Positions 11,332-22,377 of a stretch of 64,000 nucleotides of DNA are shown here, one piece after another (the stretch's first letter is position 1; every line of letters begins with the position of its first letter). Origin of the DNA: an uncultured Verrucomicrobiaceae bacterium (GTDB lineage Bacteria > Pseudomonadota > Gammaproteobacteria > Pseudomonadales > CAMLJR01). The DNA is taken from assembly GCA_964500675.1 (NCBI GenBank), contig CAZCNY010000007.1, positions 81,582 to 145,581 on the forward strand. The letters run 5' to 3'. The position numbers and the translations under genes are program-made. The notes beneath the pieces are model-generated. The model was not told where the DNA came from. It saw nothing but the letters and a program-made list of their open reading frames with translations, and did not search any database.

Positions 11332-12024
11332 TTAAAGAACAAACCTATAACCAACCCCGACTTCCGTTAGGAAATGTTTAGGTTTAGCCGGTTCGACTTC
11401 GAGTTTTTGCCGCAGGTTTGCCATAAAAACGCGCAGTGAAGTACTGTTATCCATATACGCCTGTCCCCAGACATCGCGAAGTAATTGTCGATGCGTTAAT
11501 ACCTTGTTTGGATGGCCAATTAAATATACCAAGAGACGGTATTCGATAGGCGTCATATGCACTAATTCATCGCTACGCTTTACGATGCGCGCAGCAAGAT
11601 CAATTCGTATCGAGTCAAATTCAATGACAGGAGACACCTCATCTGTCGCTTTTGTTAAACGGCGCAACATTGCGCGTACGCGCGCGAGCAATTCACCGGT
11701 CCCGAATGGCTTAACGAGATAATCGTCCGCGCCGGCATCGAGCGCGGCAATTTTGTCCTCTTCTTGCGCGCGCGCCGAAAGCACCAGCACGGGTATTGCC
11801 GACCAAGCGCGCAGATCGCGAATGAATTCAACGCCGTCGCGATCGGGTAAACCGAGATCGAGAATAATCAAATTCGGATTGTGTGTGCCCGCCTCGATCA
11901 AACCGCGCTCTACGGTTTCCGCTTCGAATACTTGGCAATTTTCGGCCTCCAGCGCAGAACGCACGAACCGGCGGATTTGCATTTCGTCCTCGACAATCAC
12001 CACGACAGGTTTGTGCGTGCTCAT
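11332..12024 (-). CDS. kdpE: two-component response regulator KdpE (OmpR family)
   Basis: 230 aa with receiver domain (DLGLPDRDG, KPF) plus winged-helix domain. 4-nt overlap with kdpD. Confidence 0.9.
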   Translation of the reverse strand: MSTHKPVVVIVEDEMQIRRFVRSALEAENCQVFEAETVERGLIEAGTHNPNLIILDLGLPDRDGVEFIRDLRAWSAIPVLVLSARAQEEDKIAALDAGADDYLVKPFGTGELLARVRAMLRRLTKATDEVSPVIEFDSIRIDLAARIVKRSDELVHMTPIEYRLLVYLIGHPNKVLTHRQLLRDVWGQAYMDNSTSLRVFMANLRQKLEVEPAKPKHFLTEVGVGYRFVL

Positions 12025-14735
12025 GTGCCAATCCTTCGTTGCGCTTGTTCAAGCGTAATGGGCAGTAACCCCGTCTTATCGACGAAGGGTGGGTCCCCGA
12101 GTGGTAATGTAAACACGAAGCGCGCGCCGCCTAAATGACTTTTCTCGACCCAAATGCGGCCACCATGCGCGGAGACAATCGCGCGACAAATCGCAAGACC
12201 TAAACCCACGCCTGGTGTTGTCGTTTCCGTTTGCCCTCGCGTGAATTTTTCAAACACCTGCTCTTCCATGCCCGCCGGCAAACCAGGACCATCGTCTTCC
12301 ACGGCGATTTCGGCACACTCATTATTTACACTTGCTGCGATTTCAATACGACTACCCGCCGGGGTATATTTCTGCGCATTCTCCAATAAATTAAATAGAA
12401 CCCGCTCGATCAGCACCGCGTCAAATTCAAGCAATGGCAGGTCAGGTGGCAGCTTAACAGTGACTAGATACCCGCCTAGAAAGCTGCTAGTTGCCTTCAC
12501 CGCGGCGCCAACGATTTCTTCGAGTGGCTGCCACTGTTTATTTAATTTAATCTCGCCCGATTGCAGGCGCCCCATGTCGAGCAAATTATTGACGAGTGCC
12601 GTCATGCGCTGTGTTTCGTTTTTAATAGACAACGCGATATCGTGTTGTTCGGCACTCAATTCGGGTTTGCTGACCGATAAATATTCGGTGAGTCCGAGCA
12701 AGGTGGTGAGCGGCGTGCGTAAATCGTGAGACAACGCGGATAACAATGAATTGCGCAGGCGCTCCGATTCGATTTGTACCGTGGTGCGCTGTGCGATATC
12801 GACATAATGCACACGTTCGACCGCCAGCGCGATCAAACTCGCGAAGGTATCGAGCAGGCGGCGCTGCTCCGGGATCAACAGCCAGCGCGTATTGCGCGGT
12901 TCGACTGCAAGCACGCCGCGAAAACGCATCGGCGCTCGCAGCGGCAGATATAAGATCGGCGCAGCCGGCAGCGTGTCCGTGCCGTTTCCGGCGGGCTCGC
13001 CGTGATCGAAAGCCCATTGTGCAACACCGATATCGACTGCGAGCGCGGACTGGCCGAGCGGCGCTTGCAGCTTGTCGCCATCATCGGCAATCAGCAGCGC
13101 CGATTTCGCGCGAAAACCGCTCTCGATAAAGCGGCCGGCGATTTCGGCGATTTGTTCGAGCATCAGCGCGGCCGATAATTCGCGCGACATTTCCGCGATG
13201 GCACGCGCGCGCAATTCGCGGCTCATCGCCACGCGCGCTTGATATTGCGAGCCGGCCGTCAATTGGCCGGTGATCAACGCCACCGTGAGCATCACGGCAA
13301 ACGTGAGCAGGTAACGCACGTCGCTTACCGCAAAGGTGAACCGCGGCGGCACGAAAAAGAAATCGAAAGAAGCGACACTGAGTATGGCAGCAAGCACGGC
13401 GGGACCGCGGCCGAAATACGCGGCGACGAGCACCACCGTGAGCAAAAAAATCATGGCGGTGTTGGTGAGCTCGACGTATGGATAAAGACCGGTAGCGATA
13501 ACTGTTGCGACGACGCAGCCGAATGCGCCGAGCCCGTAATCGAGCCATTGAATTTCGCGCGTGTCGGTATCGCGCTGATCGACCACGTTGCGCTTGTCGT
13601 CGCCATCGCGCGCGACATAAATAATATCGAGATCGGGCGCGAGTTTTCCCAGACGCTCGGCGAGCGAACGTTGCCACCACAGCGGACGCATCGTGCTGCG
13701 CCCGATCAGCACTTTGGCGAGATTGTGATCGCGTGCGTAACGCGCAACGGTCTGTACGATATCGTTGCCGGGCAACGTGGCGGTTTCGGCCCCCATATCC
13801 TGCGCGAGCTTGAGTGTTTTCAGAATATGCTGCCGCCGCGATGATGACAGCCGTTGCAGTTGCGGTGTTTCGGTATAAATCGCGTGCCACGGCGCACCGA
13901 GTTTGCTCGCGAGACGCGCGGCGCTGCGCACGAGTTTTTCTTCGCCCGCGCCGGGGCCGATGCACACAAGCAATGATTCGCGCGTTTGCCAAACGGGCAA
14001 TACCGCCTGGTGCTGTCGATACTGGCGCATTTCATCGTCGATGCGATCAGCCGTACGCCGCAGTGCGAGTTCGCGCAGTGCGATCAAGTTGCCCTTTCTA
14101 AAAAAATTATTGATGGCGCGCTCGGCTTGCTGCGCCATGTAAACCTTGCCCTCCTTTAAACGCTGCAATAATTCGTCGGGCGGCAAATCGACGACAACGA
14201 CCTCATCGGCTTCGTCGAACACGCGATCCGGTACGGTCTCCCACACGCGAATCCCCGTGATGCTACCGACGATATCGTTGAGACTTTCGATGTGCTGCAC
14301 GTTGACCGTGGTGTAAACATCGATGCCGGCCGCCAACAATTCTTCGATATCCTGCCAGCGTTTGGGATGGCGCGAGCCCGCGACATTCGAATGCGCGAGT
14401 TCGTCGACGAGAATCAATTGCGGTTTACGCGCGAGCGCTGCATCGAGATCGAATTCCTTCAGCGTGCGATCGCGATATTCAATCGACTGCAACGGAACTT
14501 GTTCGAAACCTTCGAGCAATGCCGCCGTTTCACCGCGGCCATGCGTTTCGATAATGCCGATAACGGCATCGACGCCCTGCGCGCGAATCTGTCGCGCCGC
14601 CGACAACATCGCGTAGGTTTTACCGACGCCGGCAGAGGCACCAAAAAATATTTTGAGTTTGCCGCGCCGTGCACGCTCGTCTTCCTGCCTGATGCTTTCA
14701 AGCAATTGATCCGGATCGGGGCGACGTTCGCTCAT
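12021..14735 (-). CDS. kdpD: sensor histidine kinase KdpD
   Basis: 904 aa with N-terminal KdpD domain (GASAGVGKTYAML), Usp-like region, 4 TM segments, GAF-like region and a HisKA/HATPase core (LSHDLRTPL, GLGLAI). Confidence 0.93.
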   Translation of the reverse strand: MSERRPDPDQLLESIRQEDERARRGKLKIFFGASAGVGKTYAMLSAARQIRAQGVDAVIGIIETHGRGETAALLEGFEQVPLQSIEYRDRTLKEFDLDAALARKPQLILVDELAHSNVAGSRHPKRWQDIEELLAAGIDVYTTVNVQHIESLNDIVGSITGIRVWETVPDRVFDEADEVVVVDLPPDELLQRLKEGKVYMAQQAERAINNFFRKGNLIALRELALRRTADRIDDEMRQYRQHQAVLPVWQTRESLLVCIGPGAGEEKLVRSAARLASKLGAPWHAIYTETPQLQRLSSSRRQHILKTLKLAQDMGAETATLPGNDIVQTVARYARDHNLAKVLIGRSTMRPLWWQRSLAERLGKLAPDLDIIYVARDGDDKRNVVDQRDTDTREIQWLDYGLGAFGCVVATVIATGLYPYVELTNTAMIFLLTVVLVAAYFGRGPAVLAAILSVASFDFFFVPPRFTFAVSDVRYLLTFAVMLTVALITGQLTAGSQYQARVAMSRELRARAIAEMSRELSAALMLEQIAEIAGRFIESGFRAKSALLIADDGDKLQAPLGQSALAVDIGVAQWAFDHGEPAGNGTDTLPAAPILYLPLRAPMRFRGVLAVEPRNTRWLLIPEQRRLLDTFASLIALAVERVHYVDIAQRTTVQIESERLRNSLLSALSHDLRTPLTTLLGLTEYLSVSKPELSAEQHDIALSIKNETQRMTALVNNLLDMGRLQSGEIKLNKQWQPLEEIVGAAVKATSSFLGGYLVTVKLPPDLPLLEFDAVLIERVLFNLLENAQKYTPAGSRIEIAASVNNECAEIAVEDDGPGLPAGMEEQVFEKFTRGQTETTTPGVGLGLAICRAIVSAHGGRIWVEKSHLGGARFVFTLPLGDPPFVDKTGLLPITLEQAQRRIGT

Positions 14736-14772
14736 GACATGTTCCTTGCCAGCGATCAGTGGCTATATGCAC

Positions 14773-15345
14773 CTAGTGTGATTGATCCAATGCGAGATTT
14801 AATTTCAATACATTGACTCTCGGCTCACCGAAAATACCCAATTGTCGTCCCTCCGTATTCTGCGCGATCAATTGATCGACTTTCGCTTTGTCGATACCGC
14901 GTGTTTTGGCAACACGCGCAGCTTGATACGCTGCGGCTGCCGGACTGATATGCGGATCAAGACCGCTGCCCGACGCCGTCACCAAATCCACGGGTATAGG
15001 CGCGTGGTTGTCAGGATCCGCCGCATGCAAGGCATCGACACGCGCTTTGATATTGTCGGTGAGCACTGGATTGAGCGGCCCCAGATTCGACCCGCTCGAT
15101 GCGCTCGCGTTATACGGTTGCGGCGATGTTGCGGATAGGCGGCCCCAGAAATATTTTGGACTGGAAAAATTCTGGCCGATCAATGCCGAGCCTACCAGTT
15201 TGCCATTTTCAATGATCAGGCTGCCTGCCGCCTGCTCGGAAAATACCGCCTTGCCGATCCCCGTGACGACAAGCGGATACAGCAGACCCGTGATCACCGA
15301 TAACACGACAAATAATAAAGTAGCCGGTCTTAGTGCGCTGAACAT
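14773..15345 (-). CDS. kdpC: K+-transporting ATPase subunit C
   Basis: 190 aa, collinear with KdpC ([10 protein letters not shown]..., [11 protein letters not shown]). Confidence 0.92.
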   Translation of the reverse strand: MFSALRPATLLFVVLSVITGLLYPLVVTGIGKAVFSEQAAGSLIIENGKLVGSALIGQNFSSPKYFWGRLSATSPQPYNASASSGSNLGPLNPVLTDNIKARVDALHAADPDNHAPIPVDLVTASGSGLDPHISPAAAAYQAARVAKTRGIDKAKVDQLIAQNTEGRQLGIFGEPRVNVLKLNLALDQSH

Positions 15346-15369
15346 GATCTTTACTCCGTTGCTCGCTGA

Positions 15370-17469
15370 TTATGCCAAACCAAGTGCGACCAAAATTAAA
15401 TCGATGGCTTTGATGCCGATAAACGGCGCAATGATGCCGCCCAAACCGTAGATCAATAAATTTCTGCGCAGCAAAATCGCCGCGCCGAGTGCGCGATATT
15501 TCACGCCTTTGAGTGCCAGTGGAACCAGCGCGATGATAATCAACGCATTGAAGATCACGGCTGACATCACCGCCGAATTCGGACTCGCCAGATGCATGAT
15601 GTTAAGCGCGGACAATTGCGGGTACGTCGTAATAAACGCTGCAGGAATAATCGCAAAATATTTGGCGATATCATTAGCGATGCTGAATGTCGTCAGCGAG
15701 CCGCGCGTCATCAGCATTTGTTTGCCGGTTTCGACAACCTCGATCAACTTGGTCGGGTTTGAATCGAGATCGACCATGTTGCCCGCTTCTTTTGCCGCCT
15801 GTGTGCCGCTGTTCATCGCGACGGCGACATCGGCTTGCGCGAGTGCGGGCGCATCGTTAGTGCCGTCGCCCGTCATCGCCACCAGTTTGCCCTGCGCTTG
15901 ATATTCGCGAATCAATGCGAGCTTGGCTTCGGGTGTCGCTTCCGCGAGAAAATCATCGACGCCCGCTTCGGCGGCAATGGCCGCTGCGGTTAAGCGATTG
16001 TCGCCCGTGATCATCACGGTTTTGATGCCCATGCGACGCAATTCGGCAAAGCGCTCTTTGATACCGCCTTTGACGATATCTTTTAACTCGATAACACCGA
16101 GCACTTTGGCGCCATCGGCGACCACCAACGGTGTGCTGCCACGACGCGCAACTTCGTCGACGGCTTGCTGAGTCGAGTCGTAAAACAAACCGCCGAGCGT
16201 TTCGATATGTTTGCGAATCGCTTCCGCAGAGCCTTTGCGCAGTTGCCGCTCGCCGCTTTCTTTTTTTAGATCAACATTGGCTGTTTTCAAGTTCACACCG
16301 CTCATGCGCGTCTGTGCAGAAAAATGCACGAAGGTGGCATTGAGCGCGTGCACATCGCGTTCGCGCAAATTGAATTTTTGTTTGGCCAGCACAACGATGC
16401 TGCGACCCTCTGGGGTTTCATCGGCGAGTGAAGATAATTGAGCGGCATCGGCGAGAGCTTCTTCGCTAATACCTTTCGCCGGAATAAATGCGGAGGCTTG
16501 GCGATTGCCCAGCGTGATCGTGCCGGTTTTATCGAGCAGCAAGACATCGACATCGCCCGCCGCTTCGACTGCACGACCCGATGTGGCAATGACATTCGCT
16601 TGCAACATTCGGCTCATGCCGGCAATGCCAATGGCCGATAGCAGACCGCCAATCGTGGTAGGAATCAGACACACGAGCAACGCGATCAACACCGTAACCG
16701 TCACTGGCGAACCGGCGCCCGCTGCGTTGACGCTGTAAATCGAAAACGGCAGCAACGTGACGGTAACGCCGAGAAAGACGATGGTGAGCGCGACAAGCAA
16801 AATCGTGAGCGCAATTTCGTTCGGCGTTTTTTTGCGTTTCGCGCCTTCCACCATCGCGATCATGCGATCGAGAAATGTCTCACCGGGATTGGCGGTAATT
16901 TTCACCACGATCCAATCCGACAACACGCGCGTGCCGCCAGTGACTGAGGAAAAATCGCCGCCCGATTCGCGGATCACCGGTGCCGATTCGCCCGTGATCG
17001 CGCTTTCGTCTACCGACGCGACGCCTTCGATGACTTGTCCGTCCATCGGAATCACATCGCCTGCGTCGACAAGGACGACATCGCCTTTAACCAACGAGGT
17101 CGCTGACAACGGCAAAAATTTAGCGCCATACCTCGGCTCCTGCAGTTTTTTCGCGAGCACGGTTTTTTTCATGCCGCGCAGCGCAGCGGCCTGCGCTTTG
17201 CTGCGGCCTTCGGCGAGCGCTTCGGCAAAATTCGCGAACAGCACGGTGAACCACAGCCACAGCGCAATACCGAGAATAAATCCGGCGGGCGCTTCGCCAT
17301 GCCCCACCAACGCTTCATAACAAAGATACGTGGTGAGAATGCTGCCGATGTACACCACAAACATCACGGGATTACGCCACTGCGTGCGCGGATCGAGTTT
17401 CTTGAAAGCATCGCCAATCGCCGGCACAACTAACGCCGGATCGAGCATCGCTAAACTTTTTTTCGACAT
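15370..17469 (-). CDS. kdpB: K+-transporting P-type ATPase subunit B
   Basis: 699 aa with the P-type ATPase DKTGTIT phosphorylation motif and [12 protein letters not shown] hinge. Confidence 0.96.
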   Translation of the reverse strand: MSKKSLAMLDPALVVPAIGDAFKKLDPRTQWRNPVMFVVYIGSILTTYLCYEALVGHGEAPAGFILGIALWLWFTVLFANFAEALAEGRSKAQAAALRGMKKTVLAKKLQEPRYGAKFLPLSATSLVKGDVVLVDAGDVIPMDGQVIEGVASVDESAITGESAPVIRESGGDFSSVTGGTRVLSDWIVVKITANPGETFLDRMIAMVEGAKRKKTPNEIALTILLVALTIVFLGVTVTLLPFSIYSVNAAGAGSPVTVTVLIALLVCLIPTTIGGLLSAIGIAGMSRMLQANVIATSGRAVEAAGDVDVLLLDKTGTITLGNRQASAFIPAKGISEEALADAAQLSSLADETPEGRSIVVLAKQKFNLRERDVHALNATFVHFSAQTRMSGVNLKTANVDLKKESGERQLRKGSAEAIRKHIETLGGLFYDSTQQAVDEVARRGSTPLVVADGAKVLGVIELKDIVKGGIKERFAELRRMGIKTVMITGDNRLTAAAIAAEAGVDDFLAEATPEAKLALIREYQAQGKLVAMTGDGTNDAPALAQADVAVAMNSGTQAAKEAGNMVDLDSNPTKLIEVVETGKQMLMTRGSLTTFSIANDIAKYFAIIPAAFITTYPQLSALNIMHLASPNSAVMSAVIFNALIIIALVPLALKGVKYRALGAAILLRRNLLIYGLGGIIAPFIGIKAIDLILVALGLA

Positions 17470-17485
17470 GATGATTTCTCCGCGC

Positions 17486-19279
17486 TCAGTGAGCGATCAA
17501 CTGCAAATGTTCAACGATCGGGCCGAGCGCCAAACCCGGAACATAATTGAGTGCGCCAACGAGAATGACAGTGCCTGCGAGCAGAATCACAAACAGTGGA
17601 CCGTGCGTTGGCATCGTGCCCGCACTGACAGCGATGCGTTTTTTCGCAGCGAGTGAACCTGCAATCGCGAGCACGGGGACGATCACGCCGAAGCGGCCGA
17701 ACCACATCGCAATCGCCAGCATGATGTTGTAGAACGGCACGTTGGCGGAAATGCCGGCGAACGCGCTGCCGTTGTTGTTACCGGCTGAGGTGAACGCGTA
17801 ATACACTTCGGAAAATCCGTGCGCGCCCGGATTGAAAATACTGGCGGTGCCGCTCGCACTCACCACAGCGATCGCGGTTCCCGCGAGCACCAGCAGCGGT
17901 GTAATCAGAATCGCGATCGAGATCATTTTCATATCGAACGCTTCGATTTTCTTGCCGACGTATTCGGGCGTGCGACCGATCATCAAACCTGCGATAAATA
18001 CCGCCAGCAATGCAAACACCAGCATGCCGTACAGGCCCGTGCCGACGCCGCCGAACACCACCTCGCCCAATTGCATGAGCGCCAGCGGCACCATGCCGCC
18101 GAGCGGCGTGAATGAATCGTGCATACCATTGACTGCACCGCACGAAGCCGCCGTGGTGATCGCAGCGAATAAGCCCGAATCAGCGATACCGAAGCGCGCT
18201 TCCTTGCCTTCCATATTGCCGCCCGACTGCAATGGCGTTGCGCTTTGGTCGATATTGAATTGTGCAAAGAGCGGATTGCCGTGCTGCTCAAAATGCGTCG
18301 CGGCAATGGCGAACGGAATAAATAAAACCAGCATCGTCGCGAGCACCGCCCAACCCTGCCGCGTATCGCCGACCATACGACCGAACGTGTAACACAGTGC
18401 GCTTGGGATTAGAAAAATCGCCACCATCTGTAGAAAATTGCTGAGCGGTGTGGGATTTTCAAACGGGTGCGCGGAGTTCGCATTGAAAAATCCACCACCG
18501 TTGGTACCGAGCATTTTTATCGCTTCTTGCGAAGCCACTGGCCCCATCGCGAGTGTTTGTGTCTGTGTACTTGCCGCCTCGGTAACCGCATTGCCTTTCT
18601 CATCCTTCACAGGCTGTCCAGCGGCGTCGAGTTTTGCTGTTTGGTATGCGGTGACTTCCAGCGTAGTGACGTCTTTGTACGCATCGAAATTTTGAATAAC
18701 GCCCTGGCTGACAAACGCCAATGCCAGCACGAATGAGAGCGGTAATAAAATAAATAACGTCACGCGCGTCAGATCGACCCAGACATTGCCGATGGTTTTA
18801 ATCGAGTGACGCGCCAGCCCGCGAATCAATGCGATAACCACAACGATGCCGGATGCTGCACTCAAAAAATTCTGCACAGCGAGCGCGAGCATCTGCGTGA
18901 GATAGCTTATCGTCGCTTCGCCGACGTAACCCTGCCAGTTGGTATTCGAAATAAAGCTGACTGCCGTATTGAACGACGAATCGGCACTCACATTCGCCAT
19001 GTGTTGTGGATTGAGCGGCAACCACAATTGCATGCGCTGCAATACGTACACAGACAAGGTGCCGATCAGCGTGAATAACAGCAGCGAAATGGCATAGCGC
19101 GACCAATGCATTTCCTCAGACGCGCGAATACTACAAATTCGATAAATCGCGGCCTCGATGCGTGCAGCAAAACCGAGTTTTCCTTCCATCACGTTGGCGA
19201 TGTAAATGCCAAGCGGTTTCACGCACAATAACAGCACCGCAAAATACAGCACCATAGTGAGCCAGGCGTGGTGTGTCAT
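17486..19279 (-). CDS. kdpA: K+-transporting ATPase subunit A
   Basis: 597 aa polytopic protein, collinear with KdpA (NTNWQGY, GTNGGGF selectivity-filter-like repeats). Confidence 0.95.
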   Translation of the reverse strand: MTHHAWLTMVLYFAVLLLCVKPLGIYIANVMEGKLGFAARIEAAIYRICSIRASEEMHWSRYAISLLLFTLIGTLSVYVLQRMQLWLPLNPQHMANVSADSSFNTAVSFISNTNWQGYVGEATISYLTQMLALAVQNFLSAASGIVVVIALIRGLARHSIKTIGNVWVDLTRVTLFILLPLSFVLALAFVSQGVIQNFDAYKDVTTLEVTAYQTAKLDAAGQPVKDEKGNAVTEAASTQTQTLAMGPVASQEAIKMLGTNGGGFFNANSAHPFENPTPLSNFLQMVAIFLIPSALCYTFGRMVGDTRQGWAVLATMLVLFIPFAIAATHFEQHGNPLFAQFNIDQSATPLQSGGNMEGKEARFGIADSGLFAAITTAASCGAVNGMHDSFTPLGGMVPLALMQLGEVVFGGVGTGLYGMLVFALLAVFIAGLMIGRTPEYVGKKIEAFDMKMISIAILITPLLVLAGTAIAVVSASGTASIFNPGAHGFSEVYYAFTSAGNNNGSAFAGISANVPFYNIMLAIAMWFGRFGVIVPVLAIAGSLAAKKRIAVSAGTMPTHGPLFVILLAGTVILVGALNYVPGLALGPIVEHLQLIAH

Positions 19280-19280
19280 T

Positions 19281-19370
19281 TTAGAATTCCTCCGCCTTGA
19301 TCAGCGCGTATATCAGATACACCAGCAATCCTGCGCTCAATAGAGCGCCCGCGATATAAATGGGATTCAT
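19281..19370 (-). CDS. kdpF: K+-transporting ATPase subunit F
   Basis: 29-aa MNPIYIAGALLSAGLLVYLIYALIKAEEF (compare the E. coli KdpF ending ...YLVYALINAEAF). GGAGG lies 10 nt upstream. The stop abuts the kdpA start. Confidence 0.8.
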   Translation of the reverse strand: MNPIYIAGALLSAGLLVYLIYALIKAEEF

Positions 19371-19508
19371 GAGCGCGGGCCTCCGAGCTTGTCGCAGCCG
19401 GCAACCAGCGCAACCGTGAGCAAATAAAAACCGATGCAAAGACCGACGTAGAGAAAATCCATAATCCACCCCTTGAGGTTTTCAATGAGCTAATACTAGG
19501 AGCATCCC

Positions 19509-19526
19509 TGTAAAGAAGGCGTTAAA
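19509..19526 (-). promoter_or_regulatory. candidate KdpE-binding direct repeat
   Basis: The minus strand reads TTTAACgccttcTTTACA ~140 nt upstream of the kdpF ATG. It resembles the TTTATA/TTTACA repeat of the E. coli kdp promoter, but the period here is 12 nt rather than 11. Confidence 0.25.
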
Positions 19527-19785
19527 TGTGGATGGCGCGCTGTTAAGAAGTTGTAAAGGCGCTTGGGATAGCGCGTGGATTACGATAGGTCGTGAAAGCA
19601 ACGTCGGATTTGATCTAAATCACCGCAATGCTAAGTGCTTGCCGCCCAACTCGGACGATGAATCTCATTTATTGCTGTTGCCCGAGGCACCTAGAGGGGG
19701 GCTGTTGAATGGCTGTCTTGGCCGAACTGCTGAAATTTATTTCTATGTGCCGAGTGTCTGATTTTGTCGATTAAGTACGAGGATA

Positions 19786-20377
19786 TTACCGAGACCGCAG
19801 CAATCGCTCGCGAAATTCTCCGGGTGTTAGACCGATCCCGCGCCGGAAGGCAACGCAGAAATTCGATGGCGATGAGAAGCCCAGCGTTTCCGCGATTGCG
19901 GCAACACTTTCATCGGTCGCTAATAAGCGTTTGGCGTGTTCAATCTGTCGCTGCGCAACGTAAGCGCCGATGGAGTGGCCGTAACTGCCAGGGTGCAAGC
20001 CCGCCGTGGGGTTGCGCATCCAACACCACGGTGCCGCGGCGCATCAGTTCGACGGTCAATTGTGTGGTGATGGAATCGACGAGTATTTGACTGGCAAATC
20101 CCGGTTGCCTCGCTTCTTCCGCCAATCTGAGCAGCAGGCTTTGAATGCGTGTGTCCTGCACATCGAGCGCGGCTAGCAATAGATTTTCGGTCGGCTCGGG
20201 GAGGACATCAAATAACTCGATAATGGATTCGCGTTTGAGATGGCAGGTGATCGATGTCAGCGAGGTGCTTTCATCGCTTTCGATCTGTAAATCCAGATCG
20301 GGCGGCGCAATGAAGAAATCGTCGTCACCGCGCGGCGCACGGAAGAAAATATTCAAAAAGTGCCGCTGTCGATACAT
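19786..20377 (-). pseudogene. AraC-family transcriptional regulator, 5'-truncated and internally deleted/frameshifted
   Basis: Two ORF-track pieces in different frames (19940..20377 and 19786..20019). The first ends ...GGLAPWQLRPLHRRLRCAATD*. The second carries only the second HTH half (GHSIGAYVAQRQIEHAKRLLATDESVAAIAETLGFSSPSNFCVAFRRGIGLTPGEFR). About 40 codons that normally hold the first HTH are missing at the junction, and the N-terminal sensing domain is incomplete. Confidence 0.75.
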
Positions 20378-20381
20378 TTAC

Positions 20382-20864
20382 ATGGATGCTTATTTTGTCG
20401 AGTTTATGGTGCCGAGAAGTTCGGCGAGCCCTCAACTCGATTGTACGGGCAGCTATATTTCAAACGGTCAGTTGGGCAATTATTCCTGCATACCGTTTGC
20501 GGATACGCCTAAACAACAATACAGCGTCGGCTTTAATTACAAACTGCCGATCGATAAACAATTTGGTGATGTTGAAGCCGCATTCACTTATAGTCACGTG
20601 GACAAACGTTATACGGCGCCAATAACCGTTCCCCAGGCCGAGCCTGGTGCTTGGCTGGATAGTTTTGGTATCTTGAACGGCAGTATCAGTTGGAGCGAAG
20701 TTTTTAAAACACGGTTCGATTTGCAAGTGTTTGGAACGAATTTAACCAACCAGACCTATCGCGTGTCCAACAGCAATACCTGGAATGAATTGGGTTATCA
20801 AAATACGATTTGGAGTGAGCCTCGCATGTATGGCGTAAAAGCCACGTATCGCTGGGGTGATTAA
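20382..20864 (+). pseudogene. C-terminal ~160-codon fragment of a TonB-dependent receptor
   Basis: The tail of ORF 20145..20864 reads ...YSVGFNYKLPI...LQVFGTNLTNQTYRVSN...SEPRMYGVKATYRWGD. These are typical terminal beta-strands of a TonB-dependent receptor. The plug and most of the barrel are absent, and the upstream part of the ORF is antisense to the AraC remnant. Confidence 0.7.
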
Positions 20865-20882
20865 TAAAAAGGTTGAATACGT

Positions 20883-21587
20883 ATGAATAACAGAGGTCAA
20901 CTTATTCTATTGTGGACAACGCCCGTTGCCGGCGTTTTGTTTTTGCTGGCTTATTTTTTATTTCCGGGGTTTTCGCCGCCGATGTCGCCGACGATGACGC
21001 CGGAGCAGGTCGCTGCGTTTTTCAGGGAGCATATCACCAGCATTCGCGGTGTCGCCATTTTTTGTAACGTCATCGCCGCTACGCTGGTGCCACTGTTTGC
21101 GATCGTCGCCGTGCAGATGCTGCGCGTTGTCAATTCGAGCCCCGTGTTTGCCTACTCTTACATCATCTGTGTGGGAATCGGCATGACGGAATTTATTCTT
21201 GCCGATTACTCGTGGGGTGTTGCGGCGTTCAGGCCCGATCGCGATCCACAGCTGATCAGCTTGCTCAACGATATGGCGTGGTTTTTTTTCATCGCGCCGG
21301 TGGGAACGATCATGGTGCAAAACCTCTGCCTCGCGTTGAGCATCTATCTCGATGCGCGCCCAAAGCCGGTATTTCCGCGCTGGGTGGCGCACTTCAATAT
21401 CGCGACTGCGCTGCTGATGCTGCCCGGTGCATTTTCGATTCTTTACAAAACAGGGCCGCTCGCGTGGGATGGCAGCGTATCGTTTTCGTTGCGTTTAATA
21501 ACCTTTGCAGTCTACGTTGCGGTGATGTTCGTGGTGCTGCTGCGTATCGTGAATCGACAAATTGAAAACGAGGGCGTTGCAGCATGA
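20883..21587 (+). CDS. polytopic membrane protein of unknown function (paralogue A)
   Basis: 234 aa with ~6 hydrophobic segments. It shares PPMSP..(T/S)...VAAF and KTGPLAWDG motifs with the next gene. I recognise no domain. Confidence 0.7.
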   Translation: MNNRGQLILLWTTPVAGVLFLLAYFLFPGFSPPMSPTMTPEQVAAFFREHITSIRGVAIFCNVIAATLVPLFAIVAVQMLRVVNSSPVFAYSYIICVGIGMTEFILADYSWGVAAFRPDRDPQLISLLNDMAWFFFIAPVGTIMVQNLCLALSIYLDARPKPVFPRWVAHFNIATALLMLPGAFSILYKTGPLAWDGSVSFSLRLITFAVYVAVMFVVLLRIVNRQIENEGVAA

Positions 21588-22366
21588 GCGAGTCCATCGC
21601 GATCAGTTTGCACGGCACGCAAAGCGAAAAAGTGCCGTGGTACAAAAATAAAAAGCTCGATCAGTGGATTTGTTTCTGGTGCGTTCCGGTTTTTTATAAT
21701 CTGTTCGGGCTCGTGTTTGTACCGCTCAGCTGGATGATGCCGCCGCGCTCGCCGGCGAATTCGTTGCCCGGCATTGTCGCGTTCATGCAATCGCCTAATC
21801 TGCTGATTGCCTCGACGATCTTGATACTTTCGATCGGGCTGGCGGCCGTTGGAAATGCGGTGTACGTGGTGCAGATGCAGCGCATGTCCGTGAGCCCGGT
21901 ATTGCGCTATGCATTTATGGCGGGCTCGATGACCGGCGCGGTTGTCGGCTGCCTGTTTCCGATGTTCTGTTTTGGTCTGGGCGCTTTTCGCTCGGGCTAT
22001 CGACCTGAAATTTTGCAGATGTTGTACGACTTCGGCTATCTGTCGTTCATCGGTTCGCTGGGTTGTTTCTGCGTGATGTGGTCCTCGCTCGCCTTATCGA
22101 TATTGTTAGATAAAAATAATATTTTGCCCAAGTGGCTCGGCTACTACACGGTGTGGCAGTACGTCACGGAGTTATTCGCCTCGATGGTATGGATCGACAA
22201 AACCGGGCCGTTTGCCTGGGATGGTTTGCTCGCGTTCTGGTTCGACATGGTGATTTACGTGCCGTGGCAATTCATTATTTATTTCTGCATTTACAAGGCC
22301 ATCAAAAAACAGCCGGTGAACGAATTGGCCAATGCGCAGCTCGTACCCAAAGCGACGTATGCCTGA
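21584..22366 (+). CDS. polytopic membrane protein of unknown function (paralogue B)
   Basis: 260 aa. ATGA overlap with paralogue A. Carries MPPRSPANSLPGIVAF and KTGPFAWDG motifs parallel to paralogue A. Confidence 0.7.
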   Translation: MSESIAISLHGTQSEKVPWYKNKKLDQWICFWCVPVFYNLFGLVFVPLSWMMPPRSPANSLPGIVAFMQSPNLLIASTILILSIGLAAVGNAVYVVQMQRMSVSPVLRYAFMAGSMTGAVVGCLFPMFCFGLGAFRSGYRPEILQMLYDFGYLSFIGSLGCFCVMWSSLALSILLDKNNILPKWLGYYTVWQYVTELFASMVWIDKTGPFAWDGLLAFWFDMVIYVPWQFIIYFCIYKAIKKQPVNELANAQLVPKATYA

Positions 22367-22377
22367 GGTGGGTTTCG

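Noticed and set aside
13081-13992. 303-aa ORF, with neighbours 12622..13017 and 13239..13844, lying inside or antisense to kdpD
   Set aside because: It is opposite or out of frame to a full-length, strongly recognisable KdpD. The Arg/Ala-rich low-complexity translation is typical of shadow ORFs in GC-rich DNA.
19276-19485. 69-aa and 62-aa ORFs (19276..19485, 19281..19469) upstream of kdpA
   Set aside because: Only the last 29 codons of the 62-aa frame match KdpF and have a GGAGG RBS. The rest is a 5' leader, and the other frame has no features.
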